A stretch of 58,182 nucleotides of DNA, filler included, from Dimargaris cristalligena (lineage: Eukaryota), in assembly GCA_003614675.1 (NCBI GenBank). It is 4 parts of 4 records of this genome, joined end to end, with 100 filler letters (N's around TTAATTAATTAA, not from the genome) between each part and the next. Parts side by side here need not be neighbours in the genome. Positions count along the whole stretch, not along the records: positions 1 to 14,499 come from ML002948.1; positions 14,600 to 29,082 come from ML002949.1; 2 more parts are not named here. The stretch is one strand, 5' to 3'. Every line of letters begins with the position of its first letter. Position 1 is the first letter of the stretch. A model generated the notes under the pieces. The model did not search any database, was not told the DNA's origin, and saw only the letters and a list, made by a program, of their open reading frames with translations. Both the position numbers and the translations under genes were made by a program. Below, piece after piece: positions 12,678 to 26,500 of this stretch.

Positions 12678-14339
12678 AACCGAAAAGAACCGTTAAGCGG
12701 ATCGTCAAAAAATTCGTTCGCACAAACACTTGATATTGCTTTCTCCAAAAATGACGGTATCCTTAAATATACCTACCGTGTGTTTACCATGAAATAGTTT
12801 AGTAGAGTATCTCTTGCGAGTATCCCGATTAATAATCATACACATATGGGCGAACTTCAATGCACCAGTATAAGGGGAGGGGGCGAGGGTAATGATTGAA
12901 AAGTAATTGGTGAAAATGAGAAGAGGCTGTTGTTTTTCACTATTGAAATGATGCATCAAACGGACCTTTCGTTATTCAACTGGACTGAGCTTCTTCCATG
13001 CATACTACTTTACGGTACAGCCGATGGGTTCGCGTATGAATGATCTAACTGACCAATCCACGGCCACACTAATCCTACGGCTGTGGTTGGATCCTTGTAC
13101 ACTTCGCCAATCGAAGGTTCCTTCGTATTACATCTGTACTTCTTTCGCTCAGCGGCAATTAATCTGGCCTTGTCGTCCCCGTTTCTAGTATGACTAGAAT
13201 ACGCCCAGACTAGTCTATAGCTCAGCTATACGAAACTTTAGGAAAAACGAGGCAGATTGGGGGTATTTTACAAAGTGGGGTTTGGTTGACTAGTGGCAAT
13301 TGTCCAGGGTTTTTACCAATGGCTTGGGGGGTTACACAATCCTCCCTCGCCCTCCCCCTTGAAAGTTATTGCCTGCTGCCTTTACCCTGTTCCATCAATT
13401 TTTCCTTTGATATATCGTACAACAAAGGCATCTCGCGCTTAAGCGTCCAACCGATTTGATTGTCATTGGCCTTATTGGCATTGTTAGTAGTCCCGGGGCG
13501 TCACTACATTAGAGAACAGTGGGGTGGGAGGAGGGGAACATCGGTACCCCGCTTGGTCGACTTCCAGCATTATTCCTTTGCGCAATTCTATAGATTAGGA
13601 TTTAAAACTGTATTTAATTGCTTAGTATGCCACCCCATATTCTCCTTGTTTTGACTATAGTTCCCCTCCATTTATTTCCTTCATATCGTTCCGATCCCTT
13701 GGATATTTGCATTTTCTGCCAACTTCAATGGTTTTTCTTCTACTACTGGATTAACGTGTATTTTGCCATACCTGGCCATTTATTGAACCCCCATTTAACC
13801 TCCCAGACAATTTTTCCGAGACTCCTCTTCCCGCCATTTCTAGCCAAATTTCGAAATAGGAATTCTTTCTAACCCGATACAACTCACAGAAATAGAACCA
13901 TTTGAGCTCCTCATAAAACCTTAGTTACCATCCAACCAACATGTGGCCCTCACCAGCTGGACTGACTGTGCTCCAAGGCCTAGGCAATATCGTAGCCTCG
14001 GGCCCGGGACGCCCTTCCCTATCAACCGCGGCCCTTCCTGACAAGAACCCGTATAGCACTGCACCTTTCCGGGCCGGCAAAACGCCCCCTGTGCCGGCGG
14101 TACTACAAAAGAGTGTACCCGTGAATTGGGACGGTATCAAGCCTAGTCGGACGCCCAAGGAATCGAAACGAAACACCCGCTCCTAGGCTTCGAATTCCCA
14201 AGTAGTCCAGCGAGAAGTGTCCAGCAGCAAGTCGCATTGGCAACCGGACCTAGGCTAATAGAATGGAAGGAGCTGGCGACCAAGTCCGGTTGGCTCCTAT
14301 TCGCACATAACTAATGGGCTAAAGGGTCAAGTGTACGAG

Positions 14340-14366
<27 letters not shown>
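14340..14366. repeat. (TA)13 microsatellite flanking the LTR
   Basis: Read directly; abuts the TG start of the LTR. Confidence 0.9.
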
Positions 14367-14370
<4 letters not shown>

Positions 14371-14499
14371 AGAGGACTAACCAATAGTAAACCCGATATG
14401 GGACATATATAGTGAATCAATAGTCAATCAATAAACGTTGGTCTTTTTCTTTCCTTACACTTGTTTTAATGCTAACATCTGGTGGAGGACCAGGGTATC
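14367..14499 (+). mobile_element. 5' LTR (14367-14477, 111 bp) and primer-binding site (14480-14499) of an LTR retrotransposon, truncated by the contig end
   Basis: Perfect 6-bp terminal inverted repeat TGTTAG...CTAACA, internal TATATA and AATAAA (14430-14435), a 2-nt spacer, then TGGTGGAGGACCAGGGTATC. The latter is complementary to a tRNA 3' end ...GATACCCTGGTCCTCCACCA (tRNA-Ala-like). Confidence 0.8.
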
Positions 14500-14599
14500 N
14501 NNNNNNNNNNNNNNNNNNNNNNNNNNNNNNNNNNNNNNNNNNNTTAATTAATTAANNNNNNNNNNNNNNNNNNNNNNNNNNNNNNNNNNNNNNNNNNNN
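14500..14599. other. Artificial contig spacer (N44-TTAATTAATTAA-N44)
   Basis: Palindromic all-frame stop linker between N runs; identical at three positions. Confidence 0.98.
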
Positions 14600-17500
14600 T
14601 TTCGTTGGTAATCAGAATGCCGTCCGCAGATAACTCTGTAGGTAGAGTAATACCTGATGTGGGCAGTTCAATGCTACTTGGATCAGTGGACTGGGCTAGA
14701 GACCAGAGGTGGTTAGCCCACGCTATGTACGAGTGGGTTTTCGGGTCAAGAGGCTGCCCAGTTAAGAAGGCCGAAAGGTCTTCCCGAACAATTTGGACGG
14801 ACAAATAGTCAAAGACCAGGTGGTGCACGGCAATGTAGACGTATTGAACGCCATTTATATCAAAGACCCGAACCTGGGAGATCGGGCCGGTCTCAAAGTT
14901 AATTTGGCGATTAACGCTGCTGAGTTGGGCTAGAGCATCATGGATATCAGTCATTTGGTGGTATCCGAAACCAGTCGACGAAGGGTCATCCAAGTCGGTG
15001 AACTTGATAGCTGTTTCTCCGTCGATAGACAGGAAGCGGGCGCGGAGCATGTCATGACGCTCAACCACCTTGGTCCAGGCGGCCTGCCACTGTTGAGCAG
15101 TAAATCGAGTGCTGGATTCAAACATAGTGGGTAGGGGGTAGTAATGGGGGTCCGCCAATTGTAGGGCAAACAGTTCCAACTGGGGCGGGGTAAGTCGTGC
15201 GGTCCCTGGCTTCGAATCAGTCGCGCCATGGTTATCATCAGAAATCACTTCGATGGAGCCGGAAGAGGCTGGAATCAGTTCGGCGAGGTAAGCAATCGTG
15301 TTGGATCGGTTGATATCAATCAGGTTCAAACGGAGGTTCTGGCGGCGACAGCGGGATACCAACTGAATGGCTGAGAGGGAATTACCACCAACTTGGAAAA
15401 AAGTAGCCGCTGGTGAGATACCACTCGGATCAATTCGGAGGGTTTCAGCAATTAAACCAATGAGCCGGGCTTCGGCTGGACTGGTCTGGATTACCTCATA
15501 GCTGTTATCATTGGCGGTAAAATCGTGTCTGGGCAGGGCCTTGCGATCCACTTTACCCACCCGAGTCAATGGCAATTCGGATAGTTCCACCAGGACGGAC
15601 GGTACCATGTAGTAAGGAAGAAGGGATCGCAAAGAATCCAAGATAGCGGTCACTTGACCATAAGGGGGAACAATGTAGCCGACCAAGTGGCTTTCGTCCT
15701 GGACCACAACACACGCCTGATTCACGACGGAGTGACGTTCTAAGGCACTCTCCACTTCCCCTAGTTCAATCCGGAACCCTCGCAACTTTACCTGGTTATC
15801 GATCCGGCCGAGGCATTCAACTTGACCATTGGGTAGCCAGCGGGCCAGGTCTCCCGACTGGTAGATGCGCTCACCGGTGAATGGACTCAAAATAAACTTC
15901 TCCTCCGTTAGTTCAGGGTGATTGAGATAGCCACGGGCCACACCACGACCGCCTAAGTATAACTGACCTATGGTACCGACCGGGACCGGGCGCATGAAGG
16001 CGTCGAGGATGATACCGGTAGCGTTGGGCAACAGGGTACCGATGGGGATTATGGCCGTGTTGGCCTGGAGTCGAGCCCAGTGGGATCCGATCGCTACTTC
16101 AGTAGGGCCATACCAGTTGATGAGCTCAACCGAGTCGGCCCATTTATTGACAATGCCTTGGCTGGCCGGCTCGCCGGCGACAATAACTTGGTGCAGGTTA
16201 GGGAAATGGGCCGGATCGAAGCTGGAAAGCAGAGAAGGGGTGCAGCAAGCTCGAGTGGCCTGGGCAAGGGCGCCTTCATATTCCCCTTGGGCTACCAGCA
16301 GGGTACCACCGAAGGACAGTGTGGTCCATATCTCGGACAGGGACACATCGAAGGTGGGGGTAACAAGGGTAGGGGTAATGACCCCGGGGGCCATATTCGT
16401 AACACCACTCATGCCCTGCCAGTGGTTGGCTAGAGCGTGATGTTCATGCATGACGCCCTTGGGAATACCGGTCGAACCCGAGGTGTAGATGATTGCGGCC
16501 AAATGCGAGGGATTGATGGTTGGCGATGGATATTCACTAATCGGGCCATCGACAAGTAGCGCGGCAATGCTAATCGGTAGCTTGGTAATATTCAATTCGA
16601 GGCTGGTTAAATTGGAGAGACAGGAAGGTTTGCCTATAATGGCGATCGCTTGTGTGTCTTTCAAAATTAACTGGTGTCGCTCAAGGGGGTAGTCGGGGGC
16701 CAATACCACAAACGCACAGCCGGTCTTCCAAATGGCCAGTTGGCCTATAATAAGTTCCGGGCAGTTGCCAGCGATTAAGGCTACTATCTGGTCGAATTCA
16801 CAGGTTGTTTGTTGGGCTAGTGAGTGGGCTAGTCGATTGGCGGCCATGTCCAATTGGGCGTAGGTGTATTGTTGACCATTATGAGTAAGGGCTGTGAGGC
16901 GAGGGGCACGCTCACATTGTAGTTTGAATAAGTCATGGGCCAGGGCTCGGGGGGTATCGTGTGTATTGGTGGCCCAACTTCCAAGTACTTGTTCGCGTTC
17001 GGGTGAAGTGAGAATCGGGATATCTGTAAGGGAGCTGCTGGAATCCACCGAAAGCAACACCGACAAGGCGGTCATATAATGATCGACAAATAGATTAGCG
17101 AACTCTGGGCTGAAATCGAGTGAACGGTAGGCTACTTGCAATTGCAACAAATCTCCTTGGGTATGCGCAATAACCGCGAGTGGGAAATCCGTGGGATCCC
17201 AGTGGTTATCAAGTTTCATTTGAAATGTACAGTTCGGGTTGTCAGGAGCTTCGGGGTAATTCTCCAGTACCAAAAGGGTGTTAAATAATGGGCGTTCATG
17301 ACTGATACCACTCCAGCGATGGATATCCGTAAGTCGACAGTGTTCAAAGCCATAGGCCTGAGTACTAGTCGCGTGCACGGCCTGCAGGATATCCTGGACT
17401 GATTGACCTTGACCAAGTGCAACCCGACAAGGAATAGTATTGATGCATGCCCCGATGATGCTCTCAACACCCGGCAGGGGAACATTCCGACCCGAGACGA

Positions 17501-20500
17501 CCACACCGAAAATAGGGTCAATGGATCCTGTATGGTGGTGAAGTACCACCGCCATCGTTACTCGTAACAGGGTCGAGAGAGTGACGCCGTGGTTACTAAT
17601 CAGGTCGCTGATCTGTTCCTGAATCTGCGCCGATCGTTTGACTGTCCCATAAAACGCGGCGTCGTTAGGCTGTAAATTTGGGATTAAAGGGCAATGGTGC
17701 GCTTGGACTAATAAGCTGGGTTCGTCAGCCCCAGAGAATTGATGGGCCCAAAAAATTTCCGCATCCCGACTACCGTGTTCCATGATGTGGTCAACGAAGT
17801 CGCGGTATTGCACCGTTCGGGGTAGGGGGTCCTCTGAATAGTTACACTGTACGCTATGGAGTAGCAGCCCGATGGACCAACCGTCTAGTAGAGCGTGATG
17901 GGCAGAGATTAGGAATTTATACATGTTTGGGGCCATCCGGAAAAGTCCAAACCGGATCCAGGGCCGGTCCAATTCGAATCCGGCCGTTCGTTCTTGCAGG
18001 AGGAACTGGTCGCTTAAATCGTCTATTTGGCCCCCTTCCCAGCTTCGAATAAGCCAATGGACATTAAAAGTATCGGCCACGACCTGCAAGTTCTTGTCGC
18101 CATGACATCCACTGGCAGTCAGGAAGCGAGTGCGCAAGATGGAGTGGTCACGGGCCGTTTCTTCCCAGGCCCGGTGGAAGCGGCCGACATTGACTTGACC
18201 TTTGATGGTAAATCCCAATTGGACCATGTAGGCGGCGGGGTCCTGGAGGGTGGCAAATAGTAGGCCTTCCTGAACCGGAAGACAGGGGTAGATATCCTCG
18301 ATATCGGCTAACGCTAAGTCTAATGAGGGCAGGTCATCTTGGACCATCTTGTTAAAATCGGATTCGGTAAGTAGGGCCGAGGAAAAGTCGCTGGCTGTTA
18401 TAATGGATGGTGTGGGAACGGTCTTGCATTCGAGGATGAGCTCCTCAAGAGAGGTACGCCACTGATCAGCCACTTTCTGGATGGTACTCGAGTGGTGTAG
18501 TTCGTTGGAGTACATCACGCTAAGCACTAGTCCATCGTCGGCAGTATAGTCGCAGGCCACACTGAGTGCCCGACCGAAACGTTCATCCTTGTTCCAATCG
18601 TCAGTCCAACCCATTTCTATATGTCGAGGACGCCAAAACGCGTCCTGGGCCTCAAGCTGTTCGAACCTGCCCGAGTAATTGAACGGAATGCGGTGCCATT
18701 CAGCGGAAGGTGTCCCCGAAGTTTCCGAGACATTTCCATCGATGGCATGCGCTGATAGAGGCGAGGAGTTCTTGAGATAGCGCTGAAGACCGTAGGGAAA
18801 GCCGTAGTTGGGAATGGAGCGCATGCGCTGTTTGGCTAATGCCAAGGTGCACAAGTTATGCCCATTGGCCGGGTAGGTCTGTGCCTGGTTCAGGTCAAAC
18901 ACTGCCGGGTAGATGGAGGTAAACCAGCCTACCGTACGACTGATGTCCATAGCCGAGTCCCAGGTCCGGCGGCCATGGCCCTCTAGTTCTAACTCAATTA
19001 CCGAAATTCCTAAAGTCGCTTGTAGAGAGAGAAGGAGAGAGGCTATCAGAAACTCTTGGGGGGAGACTCCTACGGCAGGGGCAACTTCGGTAAATAGGGC
19101 GTCAGACAGAGTGAGGCCAGCTGCTGCCCGCTGGACTTTAAAAGTATGGTAAGTCACTGTGGGGGGAACAGACAGGTCATTCGCAGATGATAGTGGATAG
19201 TCTAGGGGAATCAGATCGGCTGGAGTAGGCGACACTGGCCAGGTGAAGTCGGACAAAGTCTGTGCATAGGCGTGGACTTGAGTAGCCCACTCCCGGAATG
19301 GCATCGTCTTGGCGGGCAGATTTTGGTTTGTGAGCAGGGCTTCCAGGTCTTCGAGAATAATCCGCCAAGAGACAAAATCTACGGCGAAGTGGTGAATAGT
19401 CAGGTAAATATGCTGCTCGCCGTCCAGGGTCAACAAACCACAAACCACTGCAGGGCCCTGTTCAATTGATATCGTGCGCTGTATCTGACTAACCCAAGCG
19501 GGGTATTCGTTGAGGGTAAGTGTGGCTTCTTTGATGGACAAGAACTGGCTTTCCCAGGAGGCCGCGTCAGTGGGTACAGGCAACACCCGTTGATGCCATT
19601 GACCATTGAAACGTTCGAGTCGGATTCGAAGGATATCGTGATGGGCCATTAAGGTGGTGAGAGCCTGCGTAAAAGTGGTACGAGTCAAAGTTCGGCGACA
19701 CTTGAGGAGCATAGACTGGTTGAATTGATTAATGAAGTGGTATTCCTTCAAGGCTAAGCGCTGTACAGCGGTCCATGGGATTGCACCAATTGGGTCCAGA
19801 TAGCGAATAGACGCCAGGTCTTCGGAAACTGTCAAATGAGTATATTGTTCCATGGCTGACAGTCTGGTATGTTTGAGAATATCGGCCACCGAAAGCTGAA
19901 GACCCAGTCGTTTGCAACGGTTGGAAAACTGAATCGCCGAGATCGAGTCACCACCAAGTTGGAGAAATGAGGCATATGGTGTGATCTTCTGAGGATCAAC
20001 CTTGAGGGTATCAGTTAAGGCCTCTCGCATGAGCAAGAATATTGGCGATAAGGATTCGACGTCAATGGCTTCGTCTGTGGTGTCTATTGGTAGCGGCCGA
20101 CCCTGAAGTGCCTTGCGATCGGCCTTGCCCATAGCGGTCGTTGGAATACAGTCCATTGCAACGATAAAATTGGGCACCATATACAGCGGGAGTTTGTTAG
20201 CGAGTTGGGTTTTGAGGGCCACTGGATCAACCGAATTGGGGGTTATATAGAGAACCAGCTGTTGCTTGGTGACACAGGCCACCGCATAGGATACGCCCTC
20301 GACTGAAGAGGCGGTGTTTTCGATTTCACCCAGTTCGATACGATAGCCGCGCAGTTTGACCTGGAAGTCTTTTCGCGAAATGAACTGGATCTTGCCACTG
20401 GAAAGCCAGCAAACTAGGTCACCAGTTCGATACAAGGTACCGGAACCGAGCGGATTCGGAATGAACGATTTAGCAGTGAGCTCCGGCTGTTTCCAGTAAC

Positions 20501-23500
20501 CAGTGCTAACCCCAATACCGCCGATACAGAGTTCTCCAGGGACACCGACGGGAACTGGTTGGAGATGGTCATCGAGCACGTAGCCCTGGGTATTAGATAG
20601 AGGGCGGCCGATAGAAATGGGCTCATCCTCTTTAATTTGATCAGCGTGGGACGCAATGGTTATTTCAACAGGCCCATAAAAGTTGAATAGGCGGACATAT
20701 TTACACCACTGGTGAGCCACATTACCTGAAACGGCCTCTCCTCCTACGAGAACAGTTTTCAAGTTGGGGTAGTCCCCTGGGTCAATGTTCGCCAGCATGG
20801 AAGAAACAAATGTGCAAGTATTAACGCGGACCAACGTATCGGTAATATTACCATCCTGGAGGACCAGGGTGCCACCTGAGTGGAAGGCACCGAATATTCC
20901 GATTAGGCACCCATCAAAGGAAATATTCACGGTCTGTAATATGCGGCTATCCGAATCGAATTTACCTGCTTCGCAGCTACTTATAATGAAGTTAACTAAT
21001 GACTTATGTTGTACGGGCACCCCCTTCGGTCGACCAGTGGTACCCGAGGTGAATACGATGTAGACCAAGTCCGAAGGTATGCGTGTGGTGTCGGGATGAA
21101 ATGTATCAGTGGCAATTATATGGTGATTAATCGTATCGACAAGGCAGCACCGACTTTCTGGATCGTTTATACGTTCCTTAAATAGTTCAAAATACTCAGT
21201 AGTAGTTAGCAACCACGGTTCGTCTAACACACCAAAAGTGTATAGGAGGCGGTCAATAGCGTTGGACACGTCCATTGGAATGCATACACCACCAGCCAAT
21301 AAAGTGGCCAAATAACTGAAAATAAACTCGGCCGAAGTGGAGAAGAGTAGAGCGACATGGGAACCAGGTTTGAATCCGCGTTGCTGAAGGGTCAGGGCGA
21401 TACAGCATGCTCGATGGTACACCTCGGCATAGGTGAATTGTTGATTCGAGGTCTCAAGGGCAATGGCCTCAGGCCTGGAGGGAACGTGCTGGCTGAACAG
21501 CTGATAAGCCAGCCAATGCTGCTGAGGAGACTTGCGGATGGGCCCCTGTGTCCAGTCGTGTATGAGCCGGGCCTCGTCGGTGGGCAAAACCATAAGCTCA
21601 CGTAGGACAGACGTCGGGCGAGTGACCATCCTTGACAGGCAGTGGTCCATGAATTGAACCAAGTAGTGGGCATACGTAGCGTCACAATGGGCTGTTTTAA
21701 AGAGGAGACTACAATCCAGTGCTCCTCCATTATCAGTACAACTAACAGTGTAGGCATACTCGGTAAAATTCTGGCTATGGTGAAGCTTGAGGGCAATTTC
21801 TGGGTTAGTAGTGTTAATCATGGATGGTGGGATGTTGTCGTATACAATAAGGGAATCAAAGAGCTTGTCGTCTGGGTTAACTCGGCCCCATTTGCAGATA
21901 TCTAGGAGGTTGCATTGTTCAACCCCCGTTAGATCCCCGGACTGACGATGCAGATGTTGGACGAAATCCGCGACTGACGTATCAAACTCAAGAGACGCCC
22001 GGAACGGCAAGGTATTGATGCACATTCCTACCATACCATCAATACCAGCCACGGGGACATTGCGACCGGAAGTCAAGACCCCGAAAGTAACTTCGTCGGC
22101 CTCGTTGAGGTATCGCGCTAGGGTGAGGGCCCAGACACCACGCAGCAGGGAATTGAGAGTAATCTGCTGTTCTCGACAAAACGTGCTTAGGGTCGGGAGG
22201 GAAGTTGAAAAGGTGAATTCATGCGTATCATATTCGCATAAAGAATTCCCTTTTTTATGTGTGGCGAACTGGACAACGGGAGTAGGTTTGACCCCATCGA
22301 GATTACACTCCCAGAACTTCTGCAACTGAGGCTGACCAAGCGACTTCAGATGTTGTATGTACCCTGTAAATTGTGTTGCCAGAACGGGGAGAGCATCGTG
22401 ATACAAATCAACCAATTCGGTCAGGATGATATTCTGAGACCAAGCATCAAGTAAGGCGTGGTGAAAGGTAAGGAACCCCAGTGTTTGTTTAGAATCGGAG
22501 GCTGACGAGGTATAGAGGCTGATCCGCAATAGTGGTCCATTAAAGGCAAATCCGCGCTGGCGATCCGCAGAAAAATATTCCTTCTCGATTTGTGGCCAAT
22601 TATTGTGAGATGTCTCTGTATGGACCGACCATTCGATATCACAGCTATCAGTAACAACCTGAAGGAAGGTATGCTCGGGTATAGTGCGAGGTTGGATAAA
22701 TTTGGTTCGCAGAATGTCGTGCTGTTGGGCCATCTGATACCACGCCCGCTGGAGACGGTTAACGTCGAGTGGTCCCGAGATAACGAATGATTCCTGAACC
22801 ATGTACGCACTCGGATCCTTAATAGTACTGACCAGGAATCCTTGCTGTAAGCTGGAAACAGGCAGGATGTCGGTGATGTTTGTAGGGCCAATACTCAGCT
22901 GCGAGACGGCTTCTTGAAGCAATGTTTCCACAATCGTGGACGCTAAGTCACCATCGCCCACGAGAGAGAAGGGTTGGTAGCCAAGGAGTGAATAGGAGTC
23001 CTGTGACTGATTAACCGAACCTTGCTCGGCAACACAGTTAGCCAACTCGGCGAGATTAGAACACTTGAATATTTGGGTGATGGACACACGGACGCCGTAA
23101 TCTCGACATAGTGAAGAAAAGCGAATAGCTGAAATGGAGTCACCGCCCAATTGAAAAAACGAGTCGTACATATCAATGTCCTTAGTAGGAATTTCAAGGG
23201 TTTGGCTTAGGGCCTCCACAATGCGGGCTTCAGTCGTATTGCGGGGACTAGTGATCGAGCGGTCACTGGATATAGCGGTTTTTTGGGTAAGAAGGCTAAT
23301 CAAGGCACGCTTATCGGTCTTGCCGTTGGTGGTGGTGGGTAAATTTTTGAGGGCAAAAAGGGCATGGGGTATCATGTATGGAGGCAGATGGCTAGTCGAG
23401 TGGGACTTGAGGGGACCAACTGGTACTGATTCTGGACTAACGAAGCCGTAGAGTTTACCAGAATCAATGACTACCGCAGCGTTCTGGACTTCGGGGAAGC

Positions 23501-26500
23501 CAAGTAGTACTGTCTCAATTTCCTGGGGCTCAACCCGATGACCACGGATTTTGACCTGGTCGTCCCGACGGGCAAAGTATTCAACGGTACCATTAGGGAG
23601 CCAGCGCCCAGTGTCACCCGTGCGGTAAAGATAACCTTGGCCAGTAAAAGAATTGGGCAACAGACGCTCACGGGTAAGTTCGGGTAGATCGACATAGCCT
23701 CGGGTAACACAGATGCCACCCACATAAATTTCGCCGGGGACCCCAAGGGGCACAGGCCGCAAGTGGCGATCCAGAATGTAGCACTCGGTGTTTGGAACGG
23801 GGTGGCCGATTGTAACAGGTTCACCTGGCCGAATTTCTACAGCGTGGCAAACAAAACACTCCGTGGGGCCATACATATTAAACACGCGGCAGTAATAGGC
23901 CCAGCGTTCAGCCACTTGGCGGGGCAAGGCCTCTCCCGCGGCAATAATCATCTTAAGGCCAGGGTACTTGCTAGGATCCAAGGAAGCCAGTACAGTCGGA
24001 GTAGCCACCAAGGCATCCACCCGGGGCAGGGTATCTAGGATGTCGGTACGCAGGACAAGCGTAGCCCCTTTGCACAAACTAGTGAAGATCTCCAAAAAAG
24101 CGCAATCAAATGTCAGAGCCATATTTTGCATCAGGCGCAATCCAGCAGTAATACCAATGGTTGATTCATCTTGCTGGACAAAGTTGGCCATGACCCGGTG
24201 CTCCAACTGAACACCCTTGGGCTGACCCGTAGTCCCTGACGTATACAGGATGTGGGACAGGTCGGTGGGGCGAACATTGGGAAGAGTGGGCAATTCGGCA
24301 CAGGGAATGTTGGAGGGTAAGAGCCATGGGTCAATGGTCCGGAATTCCACATGAGGGAGGGCCTGCCGAATATCATCAAGTCGGACCTGGTCAGCCGTAT
24401 TAGTTAAAATTAACCGAATACCACAGTCATCCACCATATAACGTATACGGTCGCTGGGGAAAGCGGGGTCAATCGGTACAATAGAAGCGCCGGCCAAACC
24501 GACGCCCATGTAGGCTGCGATAGTGCTGGGAACCCGGTCGATAATGAGGCCAATGGGGGTTTCCCGTTTAATCCCTTGTAGCAGTAAGCGGTGGGCCAGG
24601 TTCGCAGACCGGGTATGTAGGTTTTCATAGGTCCATAGCAAGTCGCCAAACTCAACCGCGGTGGTATCTGGAACCGCCTGGGCCGTCCGAGTGAATAGTT
24701 CAGGTACACAGACCTCAAAACCAATGGCTAGGTGGGGGCTGGTAAACTGCTTGGTAACTAGAGCAGTTTCACTCGTGGAGAGCATTATAAGGTCTTCGGT
24801 GAATACATGCCCATCTGGATTAGTCAAGGCGGAGACCAGGCCAGAAAAGAGTGTGGTGAGGTGGCGCGACAAGGCCTCCATAGAGCACCGATCAAACACA
24901 GACGCACTCCAGTTCAAATTCGCCGTGAGTTGCCCGCCTTCCACTTGGACAATGACGGCCAGGGGGTAGTCAGTTGATTCCAAAAAGTTCGTGTCCGTAA
25001 ATGTAACTGAGTGTACCAGACTATCCAAGCCAGTGTCGGGGTAGTTTTCGTACACTAGCAATGTGTTGAACATATCACTTGGGCGAACCTCGGCATTAAC
25101 CCATTCATTGATCTTGGATAAATGCAAGTGCTCAAAGGGTACCATTTTATGGGAGCTTTGGTGTATCATCGTGACAAGTTCGATGACTGACATTTCTGGT
25201 TTTAACGGGACTCGGAAAGGCACAGTGTTGATGAAGCAGCCCAGATGAGACTCGATATCAGGAAGGGGTAGGGCACGCCCGGAAACGGTGTTACCAAATA
25301 CTACTTCGGTATGGTCAGTGTATCGACTTAGTAGGAGGGACCAGGCAGCCTTGATGAGAGTGTACGGCGTAATTCCTGTTTGGCGAGCCACTTTACTTAT
25401 GTGCCCGGCATCGGGGAACAACGTAAACAGAAAATCGGCTTTGCGAGAGTCAGGAGTGCTAGGTGGCTTTGGTAAGTACAACTCAGTGGGGTGTTCTACA
25501 CCTCGCAGATACTCTTGCCAGAACGACTCGGCCCCTGTGTTGTCTGAATTATGAATAAAGGACACGTAGTCATGGAACGAAGTGGTCGGGCTGGTTATTT
25601 GTTCAGGATTCCTTTGGAGATGGGCGCGAAGCTGGTCTAATAGAATTCCGAAGGACCAGCCATCAACGAGCGTATGATGGATGGTTAAGAGGTAGCGGAA
25701 CGAGTTGGGGGCCAGTTGCTTAACGTATATCCGCAGGAGCGGCTCATTCGGTTTGAACCCCTGGGCCAGGTTTACCTGTAGGAAGTCATTTTCACAAACA
25801 GCACCTAGATCCACCCACTCGTTAATCGAATGCCAACCTAACCGCGGCTCTCGGGAAACTACCTGAACACCCTGGCAGTGGGGATTACTCCAAGACGTTA
25901 AAAACACAGTACGCAGAATGGCATGTCGGCTGATTACGGCCCGAGTGGCCGTCTCAAGCTGGTCGACGGTTGATACTCCGGTAACGGTAAAAGCCAGCTG
26001 AACCAGGTATTCGGAGGGATCCTTGGCCGTGGCCGTCCACATGCCCTGTTGCATGGGCAACATGGGGTAGAGGTCTTCAACGTCGTATGGAGTAAGGCCA
26101 ATGGTGCCGAGCTCAGATTCAAGTTTGGCTAGATCCGGTAGAGTGGCCTGTAGGTCAGGGAAATCCGACGGGGTCCATAATGAGATTCTAGAGGACTGCT
26201 TGGTATCCTGCACCATACCGATAAGGGAGTCACGGAAGAAACCCAAGAGTGATTCAACTATGCCTGTTGCTATGACCTGGGGACAAAAGTGGACCATGAA
26301 CCTTATACCCTCGGGAGTTGGATAACCAATGATTTCCACTAATTGTGTACGGAGCTCGTCAGCATCACAAACCACCACATCAGAAGTTAGTTCAGGACGA
26401 GGGGACCATGGGGCACGGCCATGTTGGGTCAGTGTACTGTGGTCCACTGTGTGCCCTAGATAATTGAATACGACCTCCATCGGCAAGTAGGGCCGGTTTT

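Noticed and set aside
13460-14330. Short ORFs upstream of the LTR as possible transposon remnants
   Set aside because: No recognisable RT, integrase, gag or transposase motifs.
14544-14555. TTAATTAATTAA palindrome repeated three times, appearing as the NRPS stop codon
   Set aside because: It is an artificial linker embedded in N runs, not biological sequence.
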